Assembly (NCBI GenBank): GCA_964424855.1
Contig: CAYRKS010000001.1
Location: 1 to 44,963 of the forward strand
Length of the DNA: 44,963 bases
Direction of reading: 5' to 3'
DNA from: an uncultured Lachnospiraceae bacterium
Lineage (GTDB): Bacteria; Bacillota; Clostridia; Oscillospirales; CAG-272
The position numbers and the translations under genes are program-made. The notes beneath the pieces were generated by a model. It saw only the letters and a list, made by a program, of their open reading frames with translations. It searched no databases and had not been told where the DNA came from. Each line of letters begins with the position of its first letter. Position 1 is the stretch's first letter. Below are positions 8,695 through 17,397 of the stretch, piece after piece.

Positions 8695-10935
8695 TTATTG
8701 TGCGCTTTCGGCGGCACTTATGAAGGCATCCTGCTCGGCTTTTCCGAGGGTGACGAAGTGAGCGTTCCAGCCGCAGACACGAATCTGGAGATCACGGTAT
8801 TCATCGGGGTTTGCTTGTGCCTTTCTGAGTGTTTCGACATCGATGACATTGAACTGCACCGCGTGAGCCTTTTTATCATTGCAGACTCTGAGAAGAGCAT
8901 ACATAGCCTCGAGACCGCTGTCACCGGTGAACGCGCTCGGATGCAGAGCGAGGTCGATCGGGCAGTCGCCCGCCTGCTCGGTGGCATCGATATTCAGTAT
9001 CGAGAGTATTACCGAGGTCGGACCCTTCACCGCCGCGCCTTGAGTGGGAGTGGCGTTTTTCGAAAGCTCCTCGCCGCGCACACGTCCGTCGGGAGTCGAA
9101 GCGGTGTGATCCTTCCAGTCGATATATTGTCTTGCGCAGTGGAGACCGCAGATATTTTTACCGCCGCGTCCGTCGGGAGTGCCGTTGATCCTTTTGGCGA
9201 GGATATCGCTCAGCCGCTTTGCGAGGGCTTCGGGAGTGCCGGTATTGTTTCCGAGCTTATCGCGGTCGAATTTTAATCTTGCGCGGAGTGGTTCATAGCC
9301 GACGAAATCCGCCTTTAGAGCGGCTTTCAGCTCGGAGATCGTGATAGCTCTTGTATCATATACATACTTTTTTATCATCGTGAGCGAATCGACTGCGGTG
9401 GCAAGCGCGCCGAACTCATATATCGTCTGATACCCGGCGGCACCGAGAGAATATGCGTCCTTGGCGACCTCAAGGCTATGTACACGCGCCGCGCTGAAAA
9501 GTGGGATCGGGTTGACATAGCCGTAATAAGGCTCATAGCTGTTGACCTGCGGAATGCACTCATCGAGGGTGTAATTCAAATATCCGAGGAAGGTTTTGAA
9601 GAAGTCCTCGAAGCTTTCAAGCTTTTCGGCTTCACCGAGTGATATTCCGAGGCTGAGACCGGTCTTGGGATCGAAGCCGTTCCAGAGGGTATACTCTATG
9701 AATTTTGCAAGGTTCACATATGCACCGAGCGAGCCGACCTCCTCACGGGGGGAATATTCGTAGCAGCCCGAGACATTTGCAAGGCGAGCCTCTTTTTCCG
9801 AGGCACCGAGCTTCATCAGTGCCTCGGTCATGGTATCGTCGCAGACGAAGACGATGCTGTTGTGTCCGTGACGGATCATATCGAGAGCCTTGAAGATGAA
9901 GTCCTTTGGGGTAGAGATCGAATATTTTATCTGTAGCTTAGGGTTGAAGATGCCGAGCTTATCGTAGACATCGAGTATGGTATATGAAAGCTCGTTTATT
10001 ACGCTGCTACCGTCGGGGTTCGTTCCGCCGAGATAAAGCGGCTGGTTCCAGTAGTTGCCTATCGCGCTGAACTGATACAGGAAATAGGCGAGGAAGGTGC
10101 GCAGCTCGTTTTCGGTGAAGCGTTTTGATTCGAGGTCTTTTTTATAGAAGGGATAGAGCATACGGTCGAGGTTTGAGAGCGAGCGTACCTGGAGCATTTC
10201 GATATGCTCGGAGCAGATGAAGTAGATATAGATAAAGAGCAGAGCCTCATAGGTGGTTTTCGGTGCACCGTTCTTGAGAGAGGTGAGTGCGGTGATAACG
10301 GTATCGCTTTTTTCGCTCGGGTTTTTCTCGGCAAAGTCTGTGAAGCGGTCGATAAGCGAGAGGATTGCCTCAAGCTCGATATAGATCGACTCGTAGAAAG
10401 CACGTTCGCTTTCGCCTATACCGCCGTTTTTCTCGATGAAGCGCATCTCTGCCCCACGGGCTTTTTCCAGCATACCGACAAAGCCGAGCGGGAGGATATA
10501 ATCGTAGTTCGGGACGCTGTGGTCATAGTCCGGCCATGTGGTCAGCGCACCGTCGCGGCGGAGCGGGTCGAGGTGCTTGTTTACCTCGGGCAGGATACTT
10601 CCGAAGACCTCGTTGTTCCATTTATTGCAGAGGACGCGCGAGATAACGCGGTCTGCACTGTGTATGGCGACGAAGTAGTCGTTTGCGCTGACATTTATCG
10701 GTGTATGCTCGAGGACGAAGCGAAACGCCTTTGCCTTTATTACTCCGTGGTCGGTATCGGTGATGGAGGCGAGATATTCGCGCAGTGACGCTTCCATTTG
10801 CTTTGAATCGAGTCCGGTGTTCATATCAAAGGCGGAGTCGTTACAGATAAAGCGGCTGAAGGGATTAAAGCTGCCGTCATCCCTATGGTATTTGTTTTTC
10901 AGGTATTTAAGATCGTTTTCGCTGATATAATTCAT
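8695..10935 (-). CDS. Glycyl radical enzyme (PFL2/dehydratase-lyase type)
   Basis: 746 aa. It has the C-terminal glycyl radical motif LQIRVCGWNAHFVTL, the upstream GRE motif TPDGRVRGEELSKNATPTQGAAVKGPTSVILS, and the putative Cys loop VSGCYEYS (Cys-x-Glu, as in GRE dehydratases/lyases). Confidence 0.85.
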   Translation of the reverse strand: MNYISENDLKYLKNKYHRDDGSFNPFSRFICNDSAFDMNTGLDSKQMEASLREYLASITDTDHGVIKAKAFRFVLEHTPINVSANDYFVAIHSADRVISRVLCNKWNNEVFGSILPEVNKHLDPLRRDGALTTWPDYDHSVPNYDYILPLGFVGMLEKARGAEMRFIEKNGGIGESERAFYESIYIELEAILSLIDRFTDFAEKNPSEKSDTVITALTSLKNGAPKTTYEALLFIYIYFICSEHIEMLQVRSLSNLDRMLYPFYKKDLESKRFTENELRTFLAYFLYQFSAIGNYWNQPLYLGGTNPDGSSVINELSYTILDVYDKLGIFNPKLQIKYSISTPKDFIFKALDMIRHGHNSIVFVCDDTMTEALMKLGASEKEARLANVSGCYEYSPREEVGSLGAYVNLAKFIEYTLWNGFDPKTGLSLGISLGEAEKLESFEDFFKTFLGYLNYTLDECIPQVNSYEPYYGYVNPIPLFSAARVHSLEVAKDAYSLGAAGYQTIYEFGALATAVDSLTMIKKYVYDTRAITISELKAALKADFVGYEPLRARLKFDRDKLGNNTGTPEALAKRLSDILAKRINGTPDGRGGKNICGLHCARQYIDWKDHTASTPDGRVRGEELSKNATPTQGAAVKGPTSVILSILNIDATEQAGDCPIDLALHPSAFTGDSGLEAMYALLRVCNDKKAHAVQFNVIDVETLRKAQANPDEYRDLQIRVCGWNAHFVTLGKAEQDAFISAAESAQ

Positions 10936-10964
10936 GAAAAAATCCTTCTTTCATGCTTCTTGGT

Positions 10965-12461
10965 TTATTTTGAAAAGCTCTCCCAGCACTCATCGAGCTG
11001 AGTCTGCCAGAGCTCGAGGTTCGAGGCGATGGTTGATGCCCAGCCGGTATTGTTGTCGCTGAGTGCGGCTCTGAAGCTGCCGGAGGGAGTTCCGAGCAGT
11101 GCGCCGAAGGTCTCGCCTATATCGAAATTGAGGGATTCGCGGAGAAGGTCATAAACCTGCGCCATCTCATCGTCCTCGCTGTAGCGTGCTTTGAGCGAAA
11201 CCTCGAAATATTCGGGCTGTAGCTGACGGTAGGCGAGAGATGACCACGCCTCGAGCAGTGCGCCCGACATTTCCTCGTCGGCGCAGCTTGTCGGGATGAG
11301 GAAATAGCAGTTTCTCTGGAGCATCGAGACATAATTTTCCTGAGCTTCATCCCACTTGGGATAGGGGAGGATACCGGTTTTGAAGGAGGCGTTCGCGACT
11401 ATGGTCGAGGCATCCTGAACGAGTCCGCACTGGAAGGCGGCGCGTCCCTCGGTGAATATTTTAGATGCGTAGTTTCCGCCGCCGGTCGAGATCAGCTCGG
11501 CGTTATCCGAGTTGGGAAGAGCGGGGTAGACATAATCATTGTCGTGGATCATTGAGGTGAGTCGGGAGATCGCATCGTTTGCGCGTTCGCTTCCGAAGGT
11601 TATCTCATAGCCGCCATCGCGCTTTTCGGCGATATTTATGCCGAGAGAGTTTATAAAGCCGAGATACTTATTGGCATCTCCGAAGGTGAGACCGTAGTTG
11701 TCGGAAAAGTCGGCATCGGAGCTGCCGTTGAGGTCATTATAGAACTGCTTTGCGTAGAAATCGAGCTTATCGAGCGTCCATTCGCCGTTATTTACGAGCT
11801 CATAGAGATTGTCCTTTATGCCGACGCTGTCGAGCTGATCCTGGTTGAAGAATATGCAGAGGGTATGCTTTATTGCTGCGAGAGTGCCGTCGCCAGTGGC
11901 GAAGAATACCGAATCCGAGGGCATGGACTCGAGAATGGTCGAGTTCCACCAGGGCTTGTCGAAATCGATATATTTATTTTCCGAGAGATCGGTGAAATAT
12001 TCGCCCTCCATCTGCTGGGCTATAAAGTTGAGTCCCGAGACGATGACATCATAATCGTCAGAATCCGACATGATCAGCTTTGTTACATCTCCGGTGAACT
12101 GCGGTATCTCGGACCAGGTGTGCGTGTACTGATAGAAGCTGAGGTCGATCCCGAGTCGCTCGTTAAGGCTCTGCTTCATCGAATAGAGTGTATCGTTTAT
12201 GCGGTTTCCGTTCGATTCCTCGGCGTAGAAATCGTTCCAATAGGCGTTATTATAGTCTCCGACGAGGATCGTGACCTTTTTGCCGCCGTAGTTGAGCTCG
12301 GGAAGCTCATCACTGACAAAGCGGTCGGTCGCGGGGCTTTGAGCAGTAGTTTCGCTGCTTGTCGAGGTATCCTCGGACGATTGAGCATTGTCGCCGCACG
12401 ATGAGAGAAGTGCGGTGGTCAGCATGAGAAAAATCGAAAGTGTGGGTCTTAGCTTATTCAT
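10965..12461 (-). CDS. Extracellular solute-binding lipoprotein (paralogue of 5653..7101), with no adjacent permease genes
   Basis: Signal peptide plus lipobox (LTTALLSSC|GD). It ends 29 nt upstream of the GRE start on the same strand, so it is likely co-transcribed. Confidence 0.75.
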   Translation of the reverse strand: MNKLRPTLSIFLMLTTALLSSCGDNAQSSEDTSTSSETTAQSPATDRFVSDELPELNYGGKKVTILVGDYNNAYWNDFYAEESNGNRINDTLYSMKQSLNERLGIDLSFYQYTHTWSEIPQFTGDVTKLIMSDSDDYDVIVSGLNFIAQQMEGEYFTDLSENKYIDFDKPWWNSTILESMPSDSVFFATGDGTLAAIKHTLCIFFNQDQLDSVGIKDNLYELVNNGEWTLDKLDFYAKQFYNDLNGSSDADFSDNYGLTFGDANKYLGFINSLGINIAEKRDGGYEITFGSERANDAISRLTSMIHDNDYVYPALPNSDNAELISTGGGNYASKIFTEGRAAFQCGLVQDASTIVANASFKTGILPYPKWDEAQENYVSMLQRNCYFLIPTSCADEEMSGALLEAWSSLAYRQLQPEYFEVSLKARYSEDDEMAQVYDLLRESLNFDIGETFGALLGTPSGSFRAALSDNNTGWASTIASNLELWQTQLDECWESFSK

Positions 12462-12499
12462 TGTAGCGGTCTCCTGTGTGAATTATGATTTACATCTTT

Positions 12500-12528
12500 A
12501 TTATAAATCATAAAGCTCGGGCAGTCAA
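12500..12528 (-). promoter_or_regulatory. Sigma-A type promoter of the SBP-GRE operon
   Basis: On the minus strand: TTGACT - 17 nt - TATAAT. AGGAGA is followed 8 nt later by the ATG at 12461. Confidence 0.65.
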
Positions 12529-12580
12529 TGCAGATTTCGAAACTTTTGTAAAAATCGAAACAGTATTTTTTGCTTTTTCC

Positions 12581-12609
12581 TTGACACGGAGGCTGAAATG
12601 GAGTATAAT
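12581..12609 (+). promoter_or_regulatory. Sigma-A type promoter of the divergent AraC gene
   Basis: TTGACA - 17 nt - TATAAT. Confidence 0.65.
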
Positions 12610-12692
12610 TATCTTGAAAGCTATTGTGAAGGGAGAGGCTTAAGACGGAGACGGAACGCACGAATTCGGAGTTTTTCGGCGAGAGCATAATC

Positions 12693-13502
12693 GTGTCGGG
12701 GATAACGAATGTATGGAACGGGCTTTATATGCCGCGCTCGAATATAATGAAAAATCGAGGCTACTGCGGACTGGTTTTGATAATCGAGGATCCGCGCGAC
12801 TACATATTTTATCACTCCGAGACGCTTGACGAGGTGAAGACGGTAATAACCGCCGAGCCGGGCTCGATACTTTGGCTTCCCGCAGGCTCGACCTATCGGC
12901 TTAGCAGTGTGAGTCGCTGCAACTGCATTTCGATAAATTTCGATTCACCGGGGATAAAGGCTTCGGAGCCTTTTTGTCTCGATGTGAGCGATCGGATACA
13001 TATGTACAACGAGCTTTTTTCGACGGCTGATCAGCTCTGGAAGCGCAGACCGCAGGGATATACCGCGGGGCTTTTGTCTGTGCTTTATCAGGTGATATAT
13101 TTGATGCAGAAGAGCTATCATCCGTCATACATCCGAAGGGAGCTTTCGGAAAAGCTTCAGGGTGCGATAGAGTATATCAACACGCATTACATGGAGACGG
13201 GACTCACTGTCGAGCGGCTTTCGGAGATGATGGGTATGAGCGAGGTATATTTTCGGCGGGTGTTTTCGAATTTCTGCGGGATACAGCCCTCAAAATATAT
13301 AAAGCACACTCGGATCAGGGGAGCGATGAATCTTCTGAGATCGGATATGTACACGATAAAGGAGGTCGCGGAGCTTTCGGGCTTTTCGAGCGAATATTAT
13401 TTCAGCCGCGAATTCAAGCGCATGACGGGGGTATCGCCGATGACCTATATGCGCTCGGTTGAGAGCGGCGAGACGGCGGAGCTTGACAGCTTAAAGGTTT
13501 AG
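12693..13502 (+). CDS. AraC/XylS-family transcriptional regulator
   Basis: The C-terminal AraC double HTH reads LTVERLSEMMGMSEVYFRRVFSNFCGIQPSKYIKHTRIRGAMNLL..IKEVAELSGFSSEYYFSREFKRMTG. The start is uncertain: GTG 12693 or in-frame ATG 12729. Confidence 0.85.
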   Translation: MSGITNVWNGLYMPRSNIMKNRGYCGLVLIIEDPRDYIFYHSETLDEVKTVITAEPGSILWLPAGSTYRLSSVSRCNCISINFDSPGIKASEPFCLDVSDRIHMYNELFSTADQLWKRRPQGYTAGLLSVLYQVIYLMQKSYHPSYIRRELSEKLQGAIEYINTHYMETGLTVERLSEMMGMSEVYFRRVFSNFCGIQPSKYIKHTRIRGAMNLLRSDMYTIKEVAELSGFSSEYYFSREFKRMTGVSPMTYMRSVESGETAELDSLKV

Positions 13503-13526
13503 CGTCGGTACATATTTTTGGAAAGC

Positions 13527-13554
13527 TATCGCCCGAGCATTCGCTCGGGCGATA
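13527..13554. terminator. Hairpin between convergent genes (terminator for the AraC gene, possibly bidirectional)
   Basis: 12-bp perfect stem tatcgcccgagc / gctcgggcgata, 4-nt loop, followed on the + strand by ctttatttt. Confidence 0.7.
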
Positions 13555-13556
13555 CT

Positions 13557-14636
13557 TTATTTTCGGAGTTGAGCCTTTGCCGCGTTGACGAGCTCAAGCT
13601 CGCCTGCGGCATCACCTTTGTAGGGGTATGAGGCGCATATTTTTTCGAGCTTTTTTTCAAGGCTCGAGAGCTCGGATTCGGAGCTGCCGTTTGCGATAGC
13701 CGCGATAAGCTCAGTGCGGACTACCGAGATATTGTTTTTAAGGCTTCGAAGGAGCTTTTGTTGGTTTTTATCGTTAAGGAGTCGATCCGCTTCTTCCTTT
13801 TCGCCGAGAAAATATTTGCATACGGCGAGGTCACAGATGAGGAGCGGCTTATACACACCGAGAAGCATCGTTTCGTTTTTTAGCGGCTCGAGCTGCTTTG
13901 TCGCGCCCTCGAAATCGAGGCTGTCGAGTGTGCGTTCCGCCGAAAAGAAGGATACGGAAGCACAGAGCGGGCTTTCGGACGGGGCATCGGTGATGAACCA
14001 TTCCTTCGGCATTTCGCTTATGCGCAAGCCCTTTGTCTGCGCGCCCGCGATCCGCAGCTGGTTTGCGAAGGCGGTACGCGCGCTTATCGAGCGTCCGAGC
14101 GAAAGAATGTTCATGCCGTCGTTGTCGATGAGCCTTGTCGAGAGAGGTATCCCGTTTATCAGAGCCGAGGAGAGGCTGACTATAGCAAGGCTCAGCGGCA
14201 GGGGATTTTCTGTGAGGATTGAAATAATGAGAAAGCCGAGTCCGGATATGAGATTAAAGAGCGAGCCGCCGAGGTTATAAAGCCGATAGGGGATATTTTC
14301 GATCGGTGCTTCGGGTGGGAGCATGAGGCACTGACCGCCGGTCCCGACGAGAGAGAAGCGTTTTAATTTAAGCCCTTTTTCGCACTTGATGAGCATCAGC
14401 CCTCCGAGCCGATAGGACAGGAAGGAATAGCCTGAGATAAGACCGCAGACGAGATGTCCCGCCTCATGTATCGCACCGCTGATAAAGAGTGAGATATACA
14501 TTGCGATCAAGAGCATAAAAAGCGAAGCTCCGAAGCTGTCGGTCTCGGAGAAAAGCTCACCGAAGGCTATCCCGCAGGCAAAGCCTGCGGCGGCGAATAT
14601 CAGCGGCGGGACGATCGGCATGAGTTTTTTTGTCAT
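13557..14636 (-). CDS. Membrane zinc-metalloprotease-like protein (HExxH; M50/site-2-protease-like) with a helical C-terminal domain
   Basis: Several TM helices, HEAGH within a TM segment, a downstream NGIPL..DNDG motif, and a ~150-aa alpha-helical soluble C-terminus. It starts 9 nt after the stop of the upstream GH-like gene. Confidence 0.6.
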   Translation of the reverse strand: MTKKLMPIVPPLIFAAAGFACGIAFGELFSETDSFGASLFMLLIAMYISLFISGAIHEAGHLVCGLISGYSFLSYRLGGLMLIKCEKGLKLKRFSLVGTGGQCLMLPPEAPIENIPYRLYNLGGSLFNLISGLGFLIISILTENPLPLSLAIVSLSSALINGIPLSTRLIDNDGMNILSLGRSISARTAFANQLRIAGAQTKGLRISEMPKEWFITDAPSESPLCASVSFFSAERTLDSLDFEGATKQLEPLKNETMLLGVYKPLLICDLAVCKYFLGEKEEADRLLNDKNQQKLLRSLKNNISVVRTELIAAIANGSSESELSSLEKKLEKICASYPYKGDAAGELELVNAAKAQLRK

Positions 14637-14645
14637 GATATTCGA

Positions 14646-17039
14646 TCACCTTTCGCCGGGTACGAATTCCTCGACCTTTTTGCTTTCACCGATATCGCGG
14701 AGGAGGTCGAATATATCCTTATCACCGCCGCTGACTACGAAGATCGACGAGCCGCTTTCGAGCTTCATTGGCAGTCTTGTGTATATCTCGCCGCGATGAA
14801 GAACCTTTTCGTAATCGGCGCGCTTGATTCTTCCGCTGTGCGGATCCCAAAGCTCGGGGTTCAGCTCACCGCGAAGGAGGATATCTCCGTCATAATCAGC
14901 CATTGTCGAGTTCGAGAAGAAATATACATCGCAGCCGTCCTGACGCTTATGTATATGTCCGAATACTCCGCCCTTTTGCATAGCCTCGGCGGCTCCCGAG
15001 CTCATATAGAGCGGGTATATGAGGCTGAGCATACCGATATCATCGAGGGTGGGCATATCGATTATCTCGATATCATAGGCGACATTGAGGCTGTCGAGCA
15101 GATCTGCTATTACTCGGCTCTCGACTTGGCTCACTCCGTCGGCACCTGTGACATCCGAGGGAATAAAATATGCCGCGCCGCCCTTTTCGTTTTTGTTTTC
15201 ATAGACATTTGAGAGGACATCGTGCGAATTTCCGGTGACTCCGAATATCTCGTTCACTATTCGATTGACCTCAGCGTCAAGGCTCTTATCGGGCGAGAAT
15301 TCGAAGGCGCGGGTCGGAAGCTCGACGGTCGAGATTATCTTTCCGCCCTCGTCCCAGAATTTCTTTATCTTTTTGAGATTTTCGAGGCTGATCATCGACA
15401 TTCCGGGGAGGATGAGGACGCTGAAGCGTTCGAAGTTGACGGTATTGTTGAGGTAGAGAAGTCCGTCGTCAACGCTGACGCGCTCATTCATGACCTCGGG
15501 GTGAATGACGGTGAGGTCGTGTCCGGCGTAGGCGGTGATCGTATTGATCAGAGTCATATAATCGGTGTTTTCGGGGGTCTGAGAGAATTCGAAGCCGCTT
15601 GCTTCAGCCTCATAGAGGCTCATCTGAGAGTGTACTGATTCGATCGGGTAGAGCATTGCTATATCGCAGATATGTCGTCCGCCGCGCAGGAGAGCCTGGC
15701 AGCGGGTGATATAGTCGTTGAGCTCGGGGACGATATCCTTGAATTCGGGATTGCGGTGAGAGACCTCGTGCGGTATACGCGCGTTTCCCGAGAGCCAGAG
15801 GGTATGAGGGATCATGAAATTTACTCCGCGCGAGAAGGCATTCATAGCTTCGCAGAAGAGTATACGCTTATCAAGGACGGCGTAATTTCCGTATATCTCG
15901 CATACGACCGTGCTTATATCGTAGTTATAGGCTGCACTTGAGGCGAGCTTGAGACCGTTGAAGCCGTACATATAGGAGTGAATCAGATCGAGACCGACCG
16001 CTCCTCCCTGCTTTCGCCAGAGGAAGGCATCGCCGTAGAGCCACGAGCCAGAGGCATCCTTGGGTTCACAGACATGACCGGTCGAGATGAGACCGTTTCT
16101 GCGCGTAAAATCTCCGACCGCCTTAAAGAAGCCCGCAGCAAACATATGCGCACGGCAGTCCATGAGAAGTGCCTTATAATGCGGAGTGTCCTCGCCGATA
16201 TCCTCCCAGAGCGCGGGATAGAAGGGAGCGGGATCGAAGCCGTATTTTTCCTCGAAGACCGAGTTGAAGTCATAGTCCCACATACGGCGGTTGGGGACAT
16301 TGTACTGAAGGTCATCGTAGAAGGTCATTTTAACGACATCGCCGAAATATTCGGAGGAGCGGTCGGCGAAGCGTTTATAGGTGAGCGAGATATATTTCAT
16401 CGAAGCGTCGTAGCTCATGAAATTCGCGTAACCGTTTTTAGCCGGGACGCAGACATATTCCTCTATGTTCCAATTACCCGAGGGGACTGTCCAGCGAAGG
16501 CTGTCGCCGTCAAGGAACGGGCGCAGATCGATTATTTTTCTCGAATCGATCTCTATCGCGATTAGACTCATGAGCCTTGAGCCTTCCTCGGCGTAAAGCA
16601 GACGGTCGATCCTTTGACCCTCCATACATTCGTATTCAAAGCGGCGGAGCATGAGCGCGGTCGCCTCTGGGAAGGCTTGAGCCATCTCGCCGCCCGCGCG
16701 TCCGCTCGGGAAATCGAGGTCATCGTAGTAAATGACTGACATATCGAGCTCGCGTGCTTTTTCGAGCAGAGCCTTATAGCTCTCGTAATACTCCTCGCTT
16801 CCGAAGGCGGGCAGAGTTCCGGCGTTGCTTCCCTGTGCCGAGACGGGAAGGGGCGTTATACCGCCGTAGCCGCTTTTTTTATAGAGCGCGAGATTTTTGG
16901 CGACCTCATCGGTCAGCTTGCCTCCGCTTGCGAAGCGTCCGTCCATGTGGTAGAAGGGTACGGGGCGAAGGCTCATGGGCAGGGTCTGAAAGTCGCGTTT
17001 TAATTCTTTATATTCCTTTGAGGTTTTTATGTTAAGCAA
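14646..17039 (-). CDS. Large cytoplasmic glycoside-hydrolase-like protein (family not assignable by eye; resembles 'GH2 sugar-binding / GH106-like' annotated proteins)
   Basis: 797-aa ORF with a TTG start 9 nt after AAGGAG. It has the N-terminal RPVPFYHMDG and YYDDLDFPSGRAGG motifs and no signal peptide. Confidence 0.5.
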   Translation of the reverse strand: MLNIKTSKEYKELKRDFQTLPMSLRPVPFYHMDGRFASGGKLTDEVAKNLALYKKSGYGGITPLPVSAQGSNAGTLPAFGSEEYYESYKALLEKARELDMSVIYYDDLDFPSGRAGGEMAQAFPEATALMLRRFEYECMEGQRIDRLLYAEEGSRLMSLIAIEIDSRKIIDLRPFLDGDSLRWTVPSGNWNIEEYVCVPAKNGYANFMSYDASMKYISLTYKRFADRSSEYFGDVVKMTFYDDLQYNVPNRRMWDYDFNSVFEEKYGFDPAPFYPALWEDIGEDTPHYKALLMDCRAHMFAAGFFKAVGDFTRRNGLISTGHVCEPKDASGSWLYGDAFLWRKQGGAVGLDLIHSYMYGFNGLKLASSAAYNYDISTVVCEIYGNYAVLDKRILFCEAMNAFSRGVNFMIPHTLWLSGNARIPHEVSHRNPEFKDIVPELNDYITRCQALLRGGRHICDIAMLYPIESVHSQMSLYEAEASGFEFSQTPENTDYMTLINTITAYAGHDLTVIHPEVMNERVSVDDGLLYLNNTVNFERFSVLILPGMSMISLENLKKIKKFWDEGGKIISTVELPTRAFEFSPDKSLDAEVNRIVNEIFGVTGNSHDVLSNVYENKNEKGGAAYFIPSDVTGADGVSQVESRVIADLLDSLNVAYDIEIIDMPTLDDIGMLSLIYPLYMSSGAAEAMQKGGVFGHIHKRQDGCDVYFFSNSTMADYDGDILLRGELNPELWDPHSGRIKRADYEKVLHRGEIYTRLPMKLESGSSIFVVSGGDKDIFDLLRDIGESKKVEEFVPGER

Positions 17040-17077
17040 AATGATCAGCTCCTTAAAGGTGTATTATTTAGATTGTT

Positions 17078-17106
17078 ATAATACCACATTTGAACGATTT
17101 AGTCAA
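17078..17106 (-). promoter_or_regulatory. Sigma-A type promoter of the GH-like/metalloprotease operon
   Basis: On the minus strand: TTGACT - 17 nt - TATTAT preceded by TGg. Confidence 0.55.
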
Positions 17107-17249
17107 GGGATAAAATGAAAAAACTTGAAATTCCACGATTTCCACAATAATCGTCGCCGGCGAGTGGCGAAAATGCCGAATACCATGCGGGAACAGGTGA
17201 AAAATATTGACCGCACAGATGTAATTTTCAAATTAAATCGTATTTTCTA

Positions 17250-17278
17250 TTGACATTTTCGGAAAATAATGTTACAAT
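17250..17278 (+). promoter_or_regulatory. Sigma-A type promoter of the ABC-DUF1854-ABC operon (extended -10)
   Basis: TTGACA - 17 nt - TACAAT preceded by TGt. It is followed by a ~115-nt leader containing an 8-bp hairpin ttaagacc/ggtcttaa (17345-17376). Confidence 0.65.
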
Positions 17279-17397
17279 ATTTGTGGTTTATGTTTTCAAA
17301 AAGCTTGGGGGCTTGTGAAAGAGATGACCAAAGCCAGAGATGCCTTAAGACCGCGCGTGAGGTCTGAAGGTCTTAACGGCAACTTTAACTTAAAGAG

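Noticed and set aside
12458-12688. 76-aa minus-strand ORF in the SBP/AraC intergenic region
   Set aside because: It spans both divergent promoters and overlaps the SBP start. It has no RBS and a Cys/Phe-rich odd composition. The AT-rich regulatory DNA simply lacks stops in that frame.
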